A stretch of DNA of 62,933 nucleotides, filler included, from Octopus bimaculoides (lineage: Eukaryota): NCBI RefSeq assembly GCF_001194135.2. It is 4 parts of 4 records of this genome, joined end to end, with 100 filler letters (N's around TTAATTAATTAA, not from the genome) between each part and the next. Parts side by side here need not be neighbours in the genome. Positions count along the whole stretch, not along the records: positions 37,543 to 42,852 come from NC_068994.1; positions 42,953 to 62,933 come from NC_068992.1; 2 more parts are not named here. One strand, given 5' to 3'. A program made the position numbers and the translations under genes. Every line of letters begins with the position of its first letter. The stretch's first letter is position 1. The notes under the pieces were generated by a model. It did no database searches. It was not told where the DNA came from and worked only from the letters and a program-made list of their open reading frames with translations. Of the stretch, positions 37,808 through 51,965 are shown in pieces.

Positions 37808-38364
37808 TTCATACTGACTTACTTGAATATGCTGTTCTTCTGCATGGGCTTTAGTGACTATAGTCTGTGCTTAGCAGGGTCCCTTGACCTCTTTATATAT
37901 ATACACACACATACATACACAAATACTTACACACACATGCATATGTACGCATACATACAATTTTTTTCTTTTGTGAGTGGGTTTATGTTATATTGCACCA
38001 ATGTTAATACTCAATGATACACCCTGTGGAATGACAATTATTGTTAATTGTTGCTTTTATTTTTCATCATTTTTTTTCTTCCCTCTTTTGCTTTATTTGC
38101 CAAACATGGGTTACCTATCTACCCTCTTGTTGTATTCTGTTTTTTTTTTTTCTGACAGTAAAAAAAAATAAAGAGCAAAAAAAAATATTTTACAAAATAC
38201 CTGTTATTTCCTAACATTTTTTTTTACTCCTCTCCTCACTTCATTATCACCTTTGTTCTATTTAATAATTACTTTTGTTTCAAAACTCCTGCTTCTTCTT
38301 CTTCTGATTATTATCAGTGAAGGGCCTGGTTGTTCAGATATATATATATATATANNNNNNNNNN

Positions 38365-38399
<35 letters not shown>

Positions 38400-38404
<5 letters not shown>

Positions 38405-39010
38405 ACACACACAGTGCTTCAGAATTCAGTTTCATTGAGTGGGTGGATCTTCTTGCAAACTACATACTGTTCCAATCCTTTGTCATCTCTTTCATGAGGT
38501 TCAAGGTTTTGAGATTAGTCTTCATCAAATCATTCCATGTCTTCCTGCATTTCCCTTTTCTACAAACTCCAGCCACATTAAGTGATCGTTAATTCTTTAT
38601 ATAGCTATCTTCATCCCCACACATCAAATGTCCAGACCAGCCAGTCTTCTTTTTTCCACATTACATCTGGTTTCTCTTATTCCCAGCTTTTTTTCTCTCA
38701 ACAGCTTTGTACTTAGTTGTTCATGCACACTTATATTGCACATGCAACAGAGCATGCTAGCTTAGTTTATTTCCAGTTTTCTCAAGTCCTCTGCATTCAA
38801 GGCCCATGTCTTTGGATATCATGCAACATCACAGTTCTAACACAAGTGCCATACTATCAGCCTTTCATTCTGAGGAAAAAGACCTTTGTTGTAAACAGCA
38901 GTAGGAGCTCCCTGAACTTTGCCCTGTTTTTACACTGGCTACAATACATTCAGAGAAAATTACCTCCCTTGCTAATTACATCCATCTCCTAGATAACAAA
39001 AGCTATCAAC
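38400..39010 (-). mobile_element. Decayed RTE LINE 3' fragment
   Basis: Colinear similarity to 29560-30190 (e.g. AGCATGCTAGCTT, AAGGCCCATGT, CTCCCTGAACTTTGC). Confidence 0.7.
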
Positions 39011-41163
39011 ATGTGTGTGTGTGTTTATTGTTTTCTATTATTTCTAATATTATTTGCTTGTATTTATTTCAAGCCATTTATTTCTGTATTTCTAATGAAA
39101 TACACTGCCTTTATTTAAATTAATTTTGAAAAATGATAAAGAATTCAGTCAAATGACTATCATTAAGAAGCTGGTGTTTGGAACATAAATAAACTTGAAA
39201 TTTTTGATGGAAGATTTTAATTTAGATCAGTGTAAGTAGATAGTTTGTATCATAGAACTGGAGATGTTCTCAAGCAGGTTGGTATCAAAAGGTTTAAAAT
39301 TTATGTTAATCTCTGCTTTTTACTGTTATGATACAGGTGGTTGTCTACAATTATAGACAGTTGAATTAAATTATGATCTCAAAGGTAGATTTCTTCCTCT
39401 GCCTTTCAATCGACTAATGCATCCTACCTAGAACGGAGTGCTAAATTCGTGGGATAGACTCTTAAATGCTTATTGAAACTGAGTCATTCATTTTAGATGC
39501 ATGGTGAAGCCATAAAAAATATCCCTTCCCCCAATTAAAATACAGTTATAATGACAATAATAATGAAGCAACAATCTTTTATTCCATTACTTAGTCTATT
39601 ATTATCTTATTTCTATAGTACAGACATTTTCAAAATAGTCTGCCCAGAATATTCTTGACTGGTTCAATTTCTGTATGGGTTCAGTTGTGTAATTTTGAAG
39701 TCTACACTAAAATATTCTTTTCTTTATTGTTCATCTTGGCATCATAGATACTGTTTCATACATACATACATAGATGTGTGTGTGTGTGTGTGTGTGTGTT
39801 TTTACAGATACACATATATATGGTCCAAATATCTGCAACAGAAAGGACTTTGCTAAAGGTACCCAAGGATTAGATGGTGGTGTTAAACCAGTCAATAGAT
39901 TAAGTCCAACACCTAAAAACAGCTATAGTCTATCTGATGGAGTTTGTTGCAGTTTCTATCTGCCAGGGTGAATGAAAAGAAGGTGTTAAACACAAAACTA
40001 TATGGTTGCAAAACAGACTTCTTAATTACATGGTTATACATGCATTCATGACAGAAGAAGCCAAAAAAATCAAATTAGGTGAACTCTGTAGGAGAAAAGA
40101 TGACTGTTGAGACTAATAAGTGATGGTCCAGTTTGAACTACTGGAAGTAGACGTCTATAGAGAAAGGATAGGTGAAACAGCTAGTGTGAAACCAGAGGTA
40201 GGGAACACAAGAGGGTCTGGGTGAAGGTTGTATACAATTAGCTTGTAACAGAGGACTAAAAGCTATTTCAAATAGTACCAGAAGATGCAAGGAGAGAGAG
40301 AGAGGAGACTATAGTACATTTGACCAGAGATAGTGTTGGTGATTCATTGCCTATCATTCAGATCACCTTCTTTCAGATGAGACCTAAGACATGTGTATAT
40401 CAGTAGCACTGCACTTCACCATGGGGTTTACTTGAGGTTCACAGAAGGTCAGTAACAGATCAGAGCTGAAGTATTTTCTGGTTCTGAAAGAGGATGGCTT
40501 GTCTGCTTTTGAGATGCAGTTTTAGTTATGTAATGATCTTGAGAAACAGATGTAGAGCAATGAGAAGAAAGAGAAGGATTTTTATTTACTCAATGCAATA
40601 GATCTTAATAAATGATTCACTATCGATTTCCTTGTTAATTTATCTACCATGTCCCTCGAGAAGAAATCTATACTTTTCCAAATAATGATATCTATAGGAA
40701 CAATACTCAACTTCATTTCCTATATCGCTAAGTACATAAGATAAATCTATTTCCTGAATAACAGGTCTGATACCTTTCCATTCAGAAGAATTGAATTTGG
40801 CACTGCATGCCAATGAAAAGTAAGTGCAGATATGCTGTTTGGTCAAGAAATTTGCTTTGCAACCATGTAGTCCTGTGTTTGATTTCACTGTACAACATCT
40901 TAGGTGAGTGTTTTAGGTAAGTGTTTTCAACCACAAGCTCAGGATGATCAATACCTTGTGAGTGGAATTTGGTGAATAGAAACTATTTGGAAGTTTGCCT
41001 TTTCACTGTATATTGCAAAAAGACAATATTCTCAAAATGAAATCCATTGGGTTATTGATTCTATCTTGTCACTCTCACTATCAGAAATGCAGGAAACTCT
41101 ACTACTAAAAATGGTGCTGTTGTTCACAAATTGCAGTATGTAATAATTAAATAACTAAACATA

Positions 41164-41370
41164 CAAGGAGGTGCTGAAAAGTTTCTGGCTTTAAGGGTAT
41201 CATGAAAGGCCTGAATGGGGGCCCAACCTTCTGAGTTCTTTTACAGGAATTAGGAAAACTGAAGGACCACTGCAATAAGTGTGTGAATCTGAGAGGGGAA
41301 TAAAATAATGAACTGATCCCTCTGTATTTTATTTTACCCAAAGCCAGGAAATTATCAGCACCTGCCCTTG
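41164..41370 (+). mobile_element. Mariner-derived MITE with TA target-site duplication
   Basis: TA|CAAGGAGGTGCTGAAAAGTTTCTGGCTTT ... AAAGCCAGGAAATTATCAGCACCTGCCCTTG|TA; homologous to 12991-13197. Confidence 0.8.
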
Positions 41371-41389
41371 TAGATTACAGCACTTACAT

Positions 41390-41600
41390 CCATTGTAGAA
41401 ATTCTCTGACAACCACTTCTGACTCTTTCTGGTGGTATGGCAAGGAGCCAAATCCTGCTGCCACACACATACGGTCTTCCAACAGCAACCCTCTCCAGCC
41501 AAGGTTTGACCACAGTCCTCAGCAGCTTTACATAGCTGTCTGAGTTGAGCCTGAGTCCTGTTCAAAGATGTGGGGATGAATACTGGTGTGCCAAACGATT
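41390..41600 (-). mobile_element. Tc1/mariner superfamily (maT/DD37D-like) transposase fragment
   Basis: Frameshifted LRLNSDSYVKLLRTVVKPWLERVAVGRPYVWQQDLAPCHTTRKSQKWLSENF. Confidence 0.75.
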
Positions 41601-43049
41601 CTGCCATCTCACCACCTTCTTTCATACTAATAATTATTTCCAATTTAGACACAAGGCCAGCATGTTTAGTCAATACTGTGAATCTCAGTACTTGACAGGA
41701 TGAAAAGCAAAGTTGATCTTGGTGGGATCTGAACTGAGAATGTAAAGTGTGAAGACAAATGCCACAAAGCATTTTTTTCCCAATGCTCTCAAGATTCTTA
41801 TAATCCACAGCTCTTTATAGTAACAATAATAATAATAATTCATTCTAATTTTGGCTTGAGGCTAGCAATTTTGAAGAGAGAGGCCAAGTCAATTAAAGAT
41901 CCAGAAGAAATGCTGCTAAGTATTTTGTCTGGTGGGCTAATGATTTTGCCAGCTTGCCACCTTAATAATAATAATAATAATAACAATAATAATAATAATA
42001 ACAATCATCATCATCATCACATAATGATGATAATAATAATAATAATAATAATAATGGTTTCAGATTTTGGTGCAGGACCAGCAGTTTTGAAGGGAGGGAA
42101 AAGTCGATTACATCAACCCCAGTACTTGATCGGTACTTTTTTTATCAACCCTGAAAAGATGAAAGGCAAAGTCAACCTTGGCAGAATTTGAACTCAGAAC
42201 ATAAATAAAGACTGGTGAAATGCCGCTGAGTGTTTTGACCAGCAAACTAACAATAACATCTTCATCACCAACAACAACAACAACAACAACAACAACAACC
42301 ATCATAATAATAATCCTTTCTACTATAGACACAAGGCCAGGAATTTCTGGGGATGGGGATAGTCGATCACCTCGACCCCAGTACTTGACTGGTACTTAAT
42401 TTATCGACCCTGAAAGGATGAAAGGCAAAGTCAACCTTGGCAGAATTTGAACTCAGAACATAAAGACGGACAAAATGCTGCTAAGCATCTTGTCCAGCGT
42501 GCTAACAATTCTACCAGCTCACTGCTTTATTTATAATAATAATAATGATGGTGATGATGATGATGTCAGGAATGTTAACTTCATCCAACATTCCATAATA
42601 TTGGCCACCATGACTATAATAGAATAATTAAAAGAAATACTCAGGCTGCTTTAATTACTTCAATATTCGTTAATAGTATTCAAGAGGCAATGACATATTA
42701 TTAATTAGTCCCATTTCACTTTGCTCTACATCTTTCTTCTGATGTAGCGGCTATCCCATCTGTGGTTTGATGTATATTTACATATGTTTGTGTTATATAC
42801 ATATATATATATATACATCTATATCTATATATATATATATATATATATATATNNNNNNNNNNNNNNNNNNNNNNNNNNNNNNNNNNNNNNNNNNNNTTAA
42901 TTAATTAANNNNNNNNNNNNNNNNNNNNNNNNNNNNNNNNNNNNNNNNNNNNATATATAGTTATATAATTATATATATCTATGTATATATTAATATGTGT
43001 GTGTGGTGTGTGTGTGTATGCGATTTATTGGAGATAAAAAAATTTACCC

Positions 43050-43330
43050 CGCCCTCATCCTACTCGGAGGCTTTGAAGAATACACAAATATCTTGTCTGA
43101 ACAAGTCTAGTTTTCAGGATGATAGCGTTGTAAACTTTAATTTTTATATCAATGTGACTATCTAGGCTGTCGCACATACTACAGCAGGTTTCTGAAAGTA
43201 GAATTCGTTTTTACCAATAAGAGATTTCACTTCAGAAGCCAGGAAAAAAAGATCTGAGGACAGGGTAGCTCTAAGCTATTCGAAGCTGTCTACATTATTC
43301 AGCTCAGCTCCACCATATTTTATTCCTGGA
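43050..43330 (-). mobile_element. Decayed RTE/BovB-like RT C-terminal fragment
   Basis: LNNVDSFE*LRATLSSD...EVKSLIGK...HIDIKIKVYNAIIL matches LExVDSFxYLGSTLS...EVxxRIGKA...KIKVYxAIVL. Confidence 0.6.
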
Positions 43331-44120
43331 GGTTCACACTACGAGCGTCCTGGAACAATATGGTAGGATTTGTCTGTTTCATCATTATTCAGTGTGAGCC
43401 CAGAGTTACATGCATACGTTGCAGATATACATACCTATATGCATACATACATACGTCCAAACATATATACACCCCACACAGATATATATACATATATATA
43501 TTGTTTTACTTTAAAGGAGTCATTTTGCTATTTTGCTTGCAGTTAGATTTTTGTAATATTGGTTTCAAATTTTGGAACAAGGCCAGCAATTTTGGGGAAT
43601 GGGTAAGTAGATTACATCAACCCCAGTGTTTAACTGATACGTATTTAATCGCCCCGGAGAGAATGAAAGACAAAGTCGACCTCAGCAGAATTTGAACTTA
43701 AAACATAACTACGGACGAAATGCTGCAAAGCATTTTAGCCGGCGTGCTAACGATTCTGCCAGATAGCCGCTTTCGAGTTTTGTAATATTAATTAATCAAA
43801 TGATTAATTAACTCTTTTATCAAAGGTTTGTGCCACACAACGTTGCACTTTTCGATGATTTATTTATCGCTAAATTTCCCTTATACAGTAAGGTCAGTTC
43901 AAATATGTTTGTAACATAATTAATGTGTACAAAGGCCGTGTTCACAGCTATTTGCCGTTGAGAACATTTCTCGCTTTATACGCCAGGTGTTGAAAAACAT
44001 CCCCTAATCACATAGACCCAACCCTATGTACAATATATTTCTAACAAAGCGTCGCGTCAAGAATCGTTCAAATAAATAAATCATACATATATATACATAC
44101 ATGCTTACATACATGCCTAC

Positions 44121-44192
<72 letters not shown>

Positions 44193-44477
44193 ATCTGAAT
44201 TAGTTATGAGGATTCAATAAAACCTAGGCACATTAAACGCGTAGGACGCCAGAACCGGTTAGGTACGATAGCTTAGAATTCATAGTGAAGTAAACAGCAA
44301 TGTGGGTATCAAGTGTTGGTAGACTACTGTAGAATATGTAAGAACCAACTCCAATTTACACCGTAGATCCAACTCTGGGGTTGGATCCCAGAGTGGCGTA
44401 GATAAAAAGGGAACATATATGGCGTTTATGATTCAGCAGCTGTCGTAAATATTAGACGCTATTTGCGATCTCTTCAT

Positions 44478-44579
<102 letters not shown>

Positions 44580-45107
44580 TGTATATATATATGTTGTTTT
44601 ATATGCATTAATTCGTAAATATACTAGGGTATTTTATAATGCTAAGCAAACGTAATGCTGTTAAAATGTACGCATAATTTCTTGTATACTGAAATTAATG
44701 CTGCATGAAGAAGGTTACGAAACGGCCGTAAGCCTATGGAAGTCACATGGTTGAAAATATACATACACACCACATATCTCTTGGCTTTATGATTATACAT
44801 ACATACATACAAATATATATATATACATGTGTGTGTGTGTCTGTCTGTGTGTGTGTGTGTGTGTGTGTGTAAGTTATTATCTCTGCACTAAAGGGGTGAC
44901 TGGCCTTCCCGTTTCAACCTTAATTGGAATACCATCACAGATGGAAATGCAGCTTCTGGTTATTATAGCTATATGTTTAGCTACCACTAGTAATAATGAT
45001 ATCACTAAACTGTTTCACCTAGTTACCTACCTATCTATATCTCTCACTGTACAGAGATACATAGATGCATATATACTACACACATGTGCATTAGCATCTA
45101 TCTATCA

Positions 45108-45149
<42 letters not shown>

Positions 45150-45172
45150 TTCTCTCTCTCTCCCTCGCTTTC

Positions 45173-45212
<40 letters not shown>

Positions 45213-46028
45213 NNNNNNNNNNNNNNNNNNNNNNNNNNNNNNNNNNNNNNNNNNNNNNNNNNNNNNNNNNNNNNNNNNNNNNNNNNNNNNNNNNNNNNNN
45301 NNNNNNNNNNNNNNNNNNNNNNNNNNNNNNNNNNNNNNNNNNNNNNNNNNNNNNNNNNNNNNNNNNNNNNNNNNNNNNNNNNNNNNNNNNNNNNNNNNNN
45401 NNNNNNNNNNNNNNNNNNNNNNNNNNNNNNNNNNNNNNNNNNNNNNNNNNNNNNNNNNNNNNNNNNNNNNNNNNNNNNNNNNNNNNNNNNNNNNNNNNNN
45501 NNNNNNNNNNNNNNNNNNNNNNNNNNNNNNNNNNNNNNNNNNNNNNNNNNNNNNNNNNNNNNNNNNNNNNNNNNNNNNNNNNNNNNNNNNNNNNNNNNNN
45601 NNNNNNNNNNNNNNNNNNNNNNNNNNNNNNNNNNNNNNNNNNNNNNNNNNNNNNNNNNNNNNNNNNNNNNNNNNNNNNNNNNNNNNNNNNNNNNNNNNNN
45701 NNNNNNNNNNNNNNNNNNNNNNNNNNNNNNNNNNNNNNNNNNNNNNNNNNNNNNNNNNNNNNNNNNNNNNNNNNNNNNNNNNNNNNNNNNNNNNNNNNNN
45801 NNNNNNNNNNNNNNNNNNNNNNNNNNNNNNNNNNNNNNNNNNNNNNNNNNNNNNNNNNNNNNNNNNNNNNNNNNNNNNNNNNNNNNNNNNNNNNNNNNNN
45901 NNNNNNNNNNNNNNNNNNNNNNNNNNNNNNNNNNNNNNNNNNNNNNNNNNNNNNNNNNNNNNNNNNNNNNNNNNNNNNNNNNNNNNNNNNNNNNNNNNNN
46001 NNNNNNNNNNNNNNNNNNNNNNNNNNNN

Positions 46029-46067
<39 letters not shown>

Positions 46068-47559
46068 AAAATATGTGTTTCTATATATATAATATATATA
46101 TATATAATATATATATATATGTATATATATATGTTTTGTTGTTTAGCTCAAGTTGATACGTAAACACGAAGTGTGTGCGTGTGTGTGTATAAATGTAGTT
46201 ATTCATTTATTAGTTCCTAATTATATGGATATTTTAGTATTATCTATTAAATTACTGGTATAAGTTTAACATTAAAGGATGTAAGGATAACGACATTTGA
46301 TATGTATGTAATGTTTTAATTATTAATTTTTGGGTTATGAAATAGTGTAATTCAGTCAGAATTAGTTCAACCGAGTCTGTTTTAGTTTCGGAAAGAATAG
46401 AATATAAACGTTTTCACTTTTTTATTAATAACTATGGAAGAATGGTGGGAATATTGTCTGAATGGACTTCAAGAGCTAGGTTACTGTTTAGTTAGATAAT
46501 TTAGGTGTTAGTTATAGGTTTACTTATAGAATTTATTTACCGATACTGTTTTTGTACATAGCGTAAATGTGGTTTGTTTGTTGTAATTTAATTAAAAATG
46601 TTAGTGTTTAATCCTTCCTAGAATTAAAATTGAATGAATGTGGTGATACCTAAGGTATGTTTGTTCCCAAACAGCATTTATTTTAGTGCTGTTGACACCG
46701 CCGAATTGAATGGTACTGCCCAGGTGTCGAAACCATAGTGTTATCCGTGGGGCAGCTGATGATGGAGGTGTGTTGGATTGTTGGTATGGGTGTTATTGTA
46801 TGCGCGGAATAGTTTTATATGACATCTATTTGGTATATACATACACATCTATGTACAAATGTGTGTGTGTATGTTTATATATATATGTATATACAAATGT
46901 GCGTGTATATATATATATACATATACAGATACACAGTTAATACAAACACGGACTCATATATCCACACACATACATATATGTACATATATATTCATATGTA
47001 GGGCATGCGAAGTTAATGTTTAAGTGGAAACGTGCAAATGAAAACGGGGAAAAGTGAATATTTGAGAGTATAAATGAAATTAATTGGGAATGATGTCCTG
47101 GAGATGAGAAGTGAATAAGGGACCGAGTGAAAGTGCTTGTAGAATATGTGATACGCAAGGGCGCATGCGTGGATGCATGCATAAGCGCGCGTGTGTTGAC
47201 GAATAATTTATAAGATGTATTGATATGAGTTAATGTTATTCTATATAGGTGTATAAAGAAAAGGGAAGAGAGAGAGAGAGAGAGAGGAGAAGTGCGAAGT
47301 GGAAACATGATAGAACGCGTAAAAGGGAACAACAAAAGAGAGACCCACAGATGGTGAGGGTGGTAGTGTGACTATGTGTGTGTGTGTGTGTGTGTGCATG
47401 GGTAAGTGCTGGCGCATGCGTTGAGTGTAAAGACATTTTTGGAGACGCAAGATATAGAAGAGCAGCTTTGCGTGTGAGTATTGTACGTCTATCTATCTAT
47501 CTATCAGTCTGTCTGTCTGTATGTCTGTCTGTCTGTCTATCTGCCTGTCTGTCAGTCTG

Positions 47560-47595
<36 letters not shown>

Positions 47596-48651
47596 GTATA
47601 TATGCATACATACACGTCTATATATGTATTAAGGTATGTATTTGTGTATGTATACAAATATCTACCTATATACATGCATACATACATATGTGTGTATATA
47701 TNNNNNNNNNNNNNNNNNNNNNNNNNNNNNNNNNNNNNNNNNNNNNNNNNNNNNNNNNNNNNNNNNNNNNNNNNNNNNNNNNNNNNNNNNNNNNNNNNNN
47801 NNNNNNNNNNNNNNNNNNNNNNNNNNNNNNNNNNNNNNNNATATATGCATATATATGTGAGTGTGTATGTGTGTGTGTATAGAAACTGAAACTGAGAGTA
47901 TATCTCGTGGCTCGACTTACACACGTCTGCGATCTTCAGACATGGATATGAAACCCGAGACGCATATATTTAGGGGATATATATGTATGTATGCATGCAT
48001 GTATGTATGTATGTATGTATGTATGTATATATATATATATATATATATATACATACACAAACACACACACACGCACACACACACACACTAAATTCTACAA
48101 AGTAGTTGTTCAACATGGACGCAGTCCAATTACTGAATCATGCAAATGATTGAAAGTGCAAAGAAGAAAATTCTAGAAAAAAAAGAAGCAGTACACCATT
48201 TTGACTATTTTCTCTTTAGTAAATAAAAAAAAAAAAAAGTTCCCTTTCATTATTTTTTTCGAGTGATTACACACGTAAGTTATAAAAAACAAATAAACAA
48301 TAATTAAGTAAATAAATAAGCAACTATTTTGTCATGAAATTTCTAAGAGGTTTACATATCGTTTTGTTTGTTTTTTTTTCCTGAAATTTTATACGCGAGT
48401 TTTGCAGCTTGTTTTTTATTTTCTTTAGCCATTTTTGCACTCGCAGTAAAAATATACAGAAAAAAAAAAGAAACAAGAAAATAAAACGGATGGCACTCAG
48501 AAGAGGAATTCTAAGAATAGTATCTGGAATTTCTCTCGGTCGTCTTCTTAAAGACAGATAGGGTTACTAAAATATGTTGGGATAGGTTTAAATGAAGGCG
48601 AAGCATACGGGTTGATATCAGTTGCGTTTTTAAAATGATATACTTGCAAAT

Positions 48652-49041
48652 GTGGAGGTGCAATGGTCCAGTGGTTAGGGCAGCGGACTCGCGGTCATAG
48701 GATCGCGGTTTCGATTCCCGGACCGGGTGTTGTGAGTGTTTATTGAACGAAAACACTTAAAGCTCCACGAGGCTCCGGCAGGGGATGGTGGCGAACCCTG
48801 CTGTACTCTTCCACCATAACTTTCTCTCACACTTACTTCCTGTTTCTGTTGTGCCTGTAATTCAAAGGGTCAGCCTTGTCACACTGTGTCACGCTGAATA
48901 TCCCCCGAGAACTACGTTAAGGGTACACGTGTCTGTGGAATGCTCAGCCACTTGCACGTTAATTTCACGAGCAGGCTGTTCCGTTGATCGAGTCAACTGG
49001 AACCCTCGACGTCGTAAGCGACGGAGTGCCAACAACAACAG
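48652..49041 (+). mobile_element. SINE family C, full length, with 8-bp TSD
   Basis: Colinear with 21240-21600; TTGCAAAT at 48644-48651 and 49042-49049. A head-only fragment lies at about 50420-50470 (-). Confidence 0.9.
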
Positions 49042-50498
49042 TTGCAAATACAGGAGGTCGGACACCGACATAAAAAAAATGGTGGGCGGGGAGAGATTTC
49101 AGTATAATTTTCCTTTGGTTGTTGAGTTATATTGGGTGCAGTAGAGGTAAGGTGAATGGCCTGGTGGTAAGTGTGTTGCACTCACGTCCGTAACATCGTG
49201 TCTTTGATTTTCTGACCCTGCCGAATGATACGTATTGTTCTTCTGCAATGCCCTTCATTTCACGTTGCCGCAGTTCACTTAGCTGAACACAAGTTCTATT
49301 CACAGCCGGGGCGTTAAGACTGCGCCGGGCCGACGTCGTTTTCTGTAAGTTCTATTAGCATGATACAATCGGCTTGATTCCCAACCACATGATGCAAGGG
49401 TTTCACTGCATAGCACCTTCGAGAAGTGTCTTGTACTATAGCCTCAGGCCAACCAAATCCACACACACACACACACAATATGCATTAAGTACAGGACATT
49501 ACTAATGAGTAAACACACGGAGGTAAGTACAGGACAAAATACCAAAAATGCCAAAAAATGCACAGTAAGTAGAGGACATCACCAACGAGCGTAAAATACG
49601 TAAATATACGAGAAATCAGCAGAGGACAAAATGCCAAAAGAAGATAACTCCTCGTCAGTTGTCGGCTGTTTTACTACTCCCTGTTTCGTTCTTTTGTCTC
49701 CTTACAAAACCGGTGTTGGTGTGTTTGCATCCACGTGACTTAGCGTCTCGGCCAAAGAGATCGATAGAATAAAGTATCCCGCTTAAAAAATATATATAAG
49801 TACTGGGGTTGATTCATTTGACTAAAAATAAGAATTGAAGGTGATGCCCCAGCATGGCCGCAGTCTAATGACGGAAACAAGTAAAAGATGAAAGGTACGA
49901 CTGCCAACACCATTGACACACACACACAAAAAATAAGAAGTGGTGGGGTGGGGTAGTTAGTGTCATTTTTGTTGGGTTGTTCAGTTACAATGAGAAAATG
50001 CAAGTGACTTAGCGGTCAGCGGTTTCTATTTACAATCTTACGATTACGGTTTCGGTTCTGGATCGAGCAGAGCCATGTGGTTGTCCTCTTGAGTAACACA
50101 CATCATTTCACGTTGCTCAAATTGACTCAGTTGAAAATGTGTCTCTGCAAAACCTGCGATGGATTGACGGACCTTTTCTGGGGGTGGAAGAGGATTGTAA
50201 TCTCAATCCCCTTATAAGCCACGGACTGGGCTCCGGTATCATGGGTCCTTAGGGACAATTATAAATGAAGATTTCGAGTTTGCTTTTCTAATCATCTGGA
50301 CCCCGATGAAATGGAGTACATAAACTGTCAGTTTTATATTACTACTACAACCAACACTACAACCACCGCCACTACCAGTGCTGCTGTTGCTACTACTACT
50401 GTTACTACTACTATCAGTACCGCGGCCACCACTGCTACCCTAACCACTGGGCCATTGCGCCTCCACACTGAAGCAAGTGGAAAGAATGAAAAGAACAA

Positions 50499-50539
<41 letters not shown>

Positions 50540-50626
50540 CAATGTTTATTTGTTGTAACATAATGGCTTAAGAATAATTCTTAACAACAGTAGTTGTAGC
50601 AGTAGTAGTAGCAGCAGCAGCAGTAA

Positions 50627-50703
<77 letters not shown>

Positions 50704-51089
50704 ATCTCATTAGTAGCGTATAAATATTTCGTTGTTTAGTTACCTAAATTTCTAAATCCAAACTGAGAAAATTAGTGGTTTTTGTCATCAATAATTTATG
50801 TTATTTCCACTTTACTTTTAAATCTAAGGAACTTCTGCCACATACTAAACATTGGACCGTTTCTTTGGCATTCCGAATTATCGCAGGAACCGCCCTTAGA
50901 ACATATATATATATACTTGGCAGCGAGTAGATAACTATGCAGATAACTAGGGGTGGGGGAGAATAATATCTAAATATTTGAGAATATGTCCGTATATATA
51001 TACATATATATGTCTGTATGTATAAGTGTATGTATGTATGTATGTATGTATGTATGTATGTATGTATGAGTGTGTCTGTATGTCTTTGT

Positions 51090-51147
<58 letters not shown>

Positions 51148-51685
51148 NNNNNNNNNNNNNNNNNNNNNNNNNNNNNNNNNNNNNNNNNNNNNNNNNNNNN
51201 NNNNNNNNNNNNNNNNNNNNNNNNNNNNNNNNNNNNNNNNNNNNNNNNNNNNNNNNNNNNNNNNNNNNNNNNNNNNNNNNNNNNNNNNNNNNNNNNNNNN
51301 NNNNNNNNNNNNNNNNNNNNNNNNNNNNNNNNNNNNNNNNNNNNNNNNNNNNNNNNNNNNGACTCAAGGGCCGACAATTTCGGGCGTGTTACTTGGTAAG
51401 TGCTATGAACGAAACTTTTGGCCGCTGAGTCACTTTGTAACTTCTGCCGATTAAAAATATCGGCTTCAAAAGTTGGCACAAGGCCAGCAATTTCAGGCCA
51501 GGGGCTGAGTCGATTAAATCGACCACAGTGTCCAACTGGTATGTATTTTATCTACCAAGAAATGATGAAAGGCGGCATTTCAACCCATAACGTAGAAACA
51601 GGCGAAATGCCTCTAAGCATTTTAGCCGGCGACCTAATGATGTTGCCAGCTCGCCGCCTTACGCCGAATAAAAAATTTATATATA

Positions 51686-51727
<42 letters not shown>

Positions 51728-51928
51728 TGTGTGTGTATTGTCAATTCAAATAAACGATTAAAAGTTAAACGGACAAGTGGACGTGTACAAGAAATGTATT
51801 AGCTGGACGCCCGGTGAAAAGAGAGAGTTTGATGTTTGCAGCATAGCTCTTCGTCGGAAAGGAGAAAGCGAGAAGTCCAAAGAAAGAGGAGTAATCGCCA
51901 ACAGTAGGTGTGTAAATTACATTGCTGA

Positions 51929-51965
<37 letters not shown>

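Noticed and set aside
37811-37880. Minus-strand exon ending at a strong GTAAGT donor
   Set aside because: All frames from the plausible acceptors contain stops, and the only open version has a poor acceptor and the wrong phase for the next Sowah exon.
43236-43362. Plus-strand exon ARKKRSEDRVALSYSKLSTLFSSAPPYFIPGGSHYERPGTI
   Set aside because: It overlaps an RTE RT remnant on the opposite strand; the open antisense frame is better explained as a by-product.
46700-46770. Hammerhead ribozyme (GAAAC and CTGATGA close together)
   Set aside because: Stems I-III cannot be formed in any permutation; only a simple CTGCCC/GGGCAG hairpin is present.
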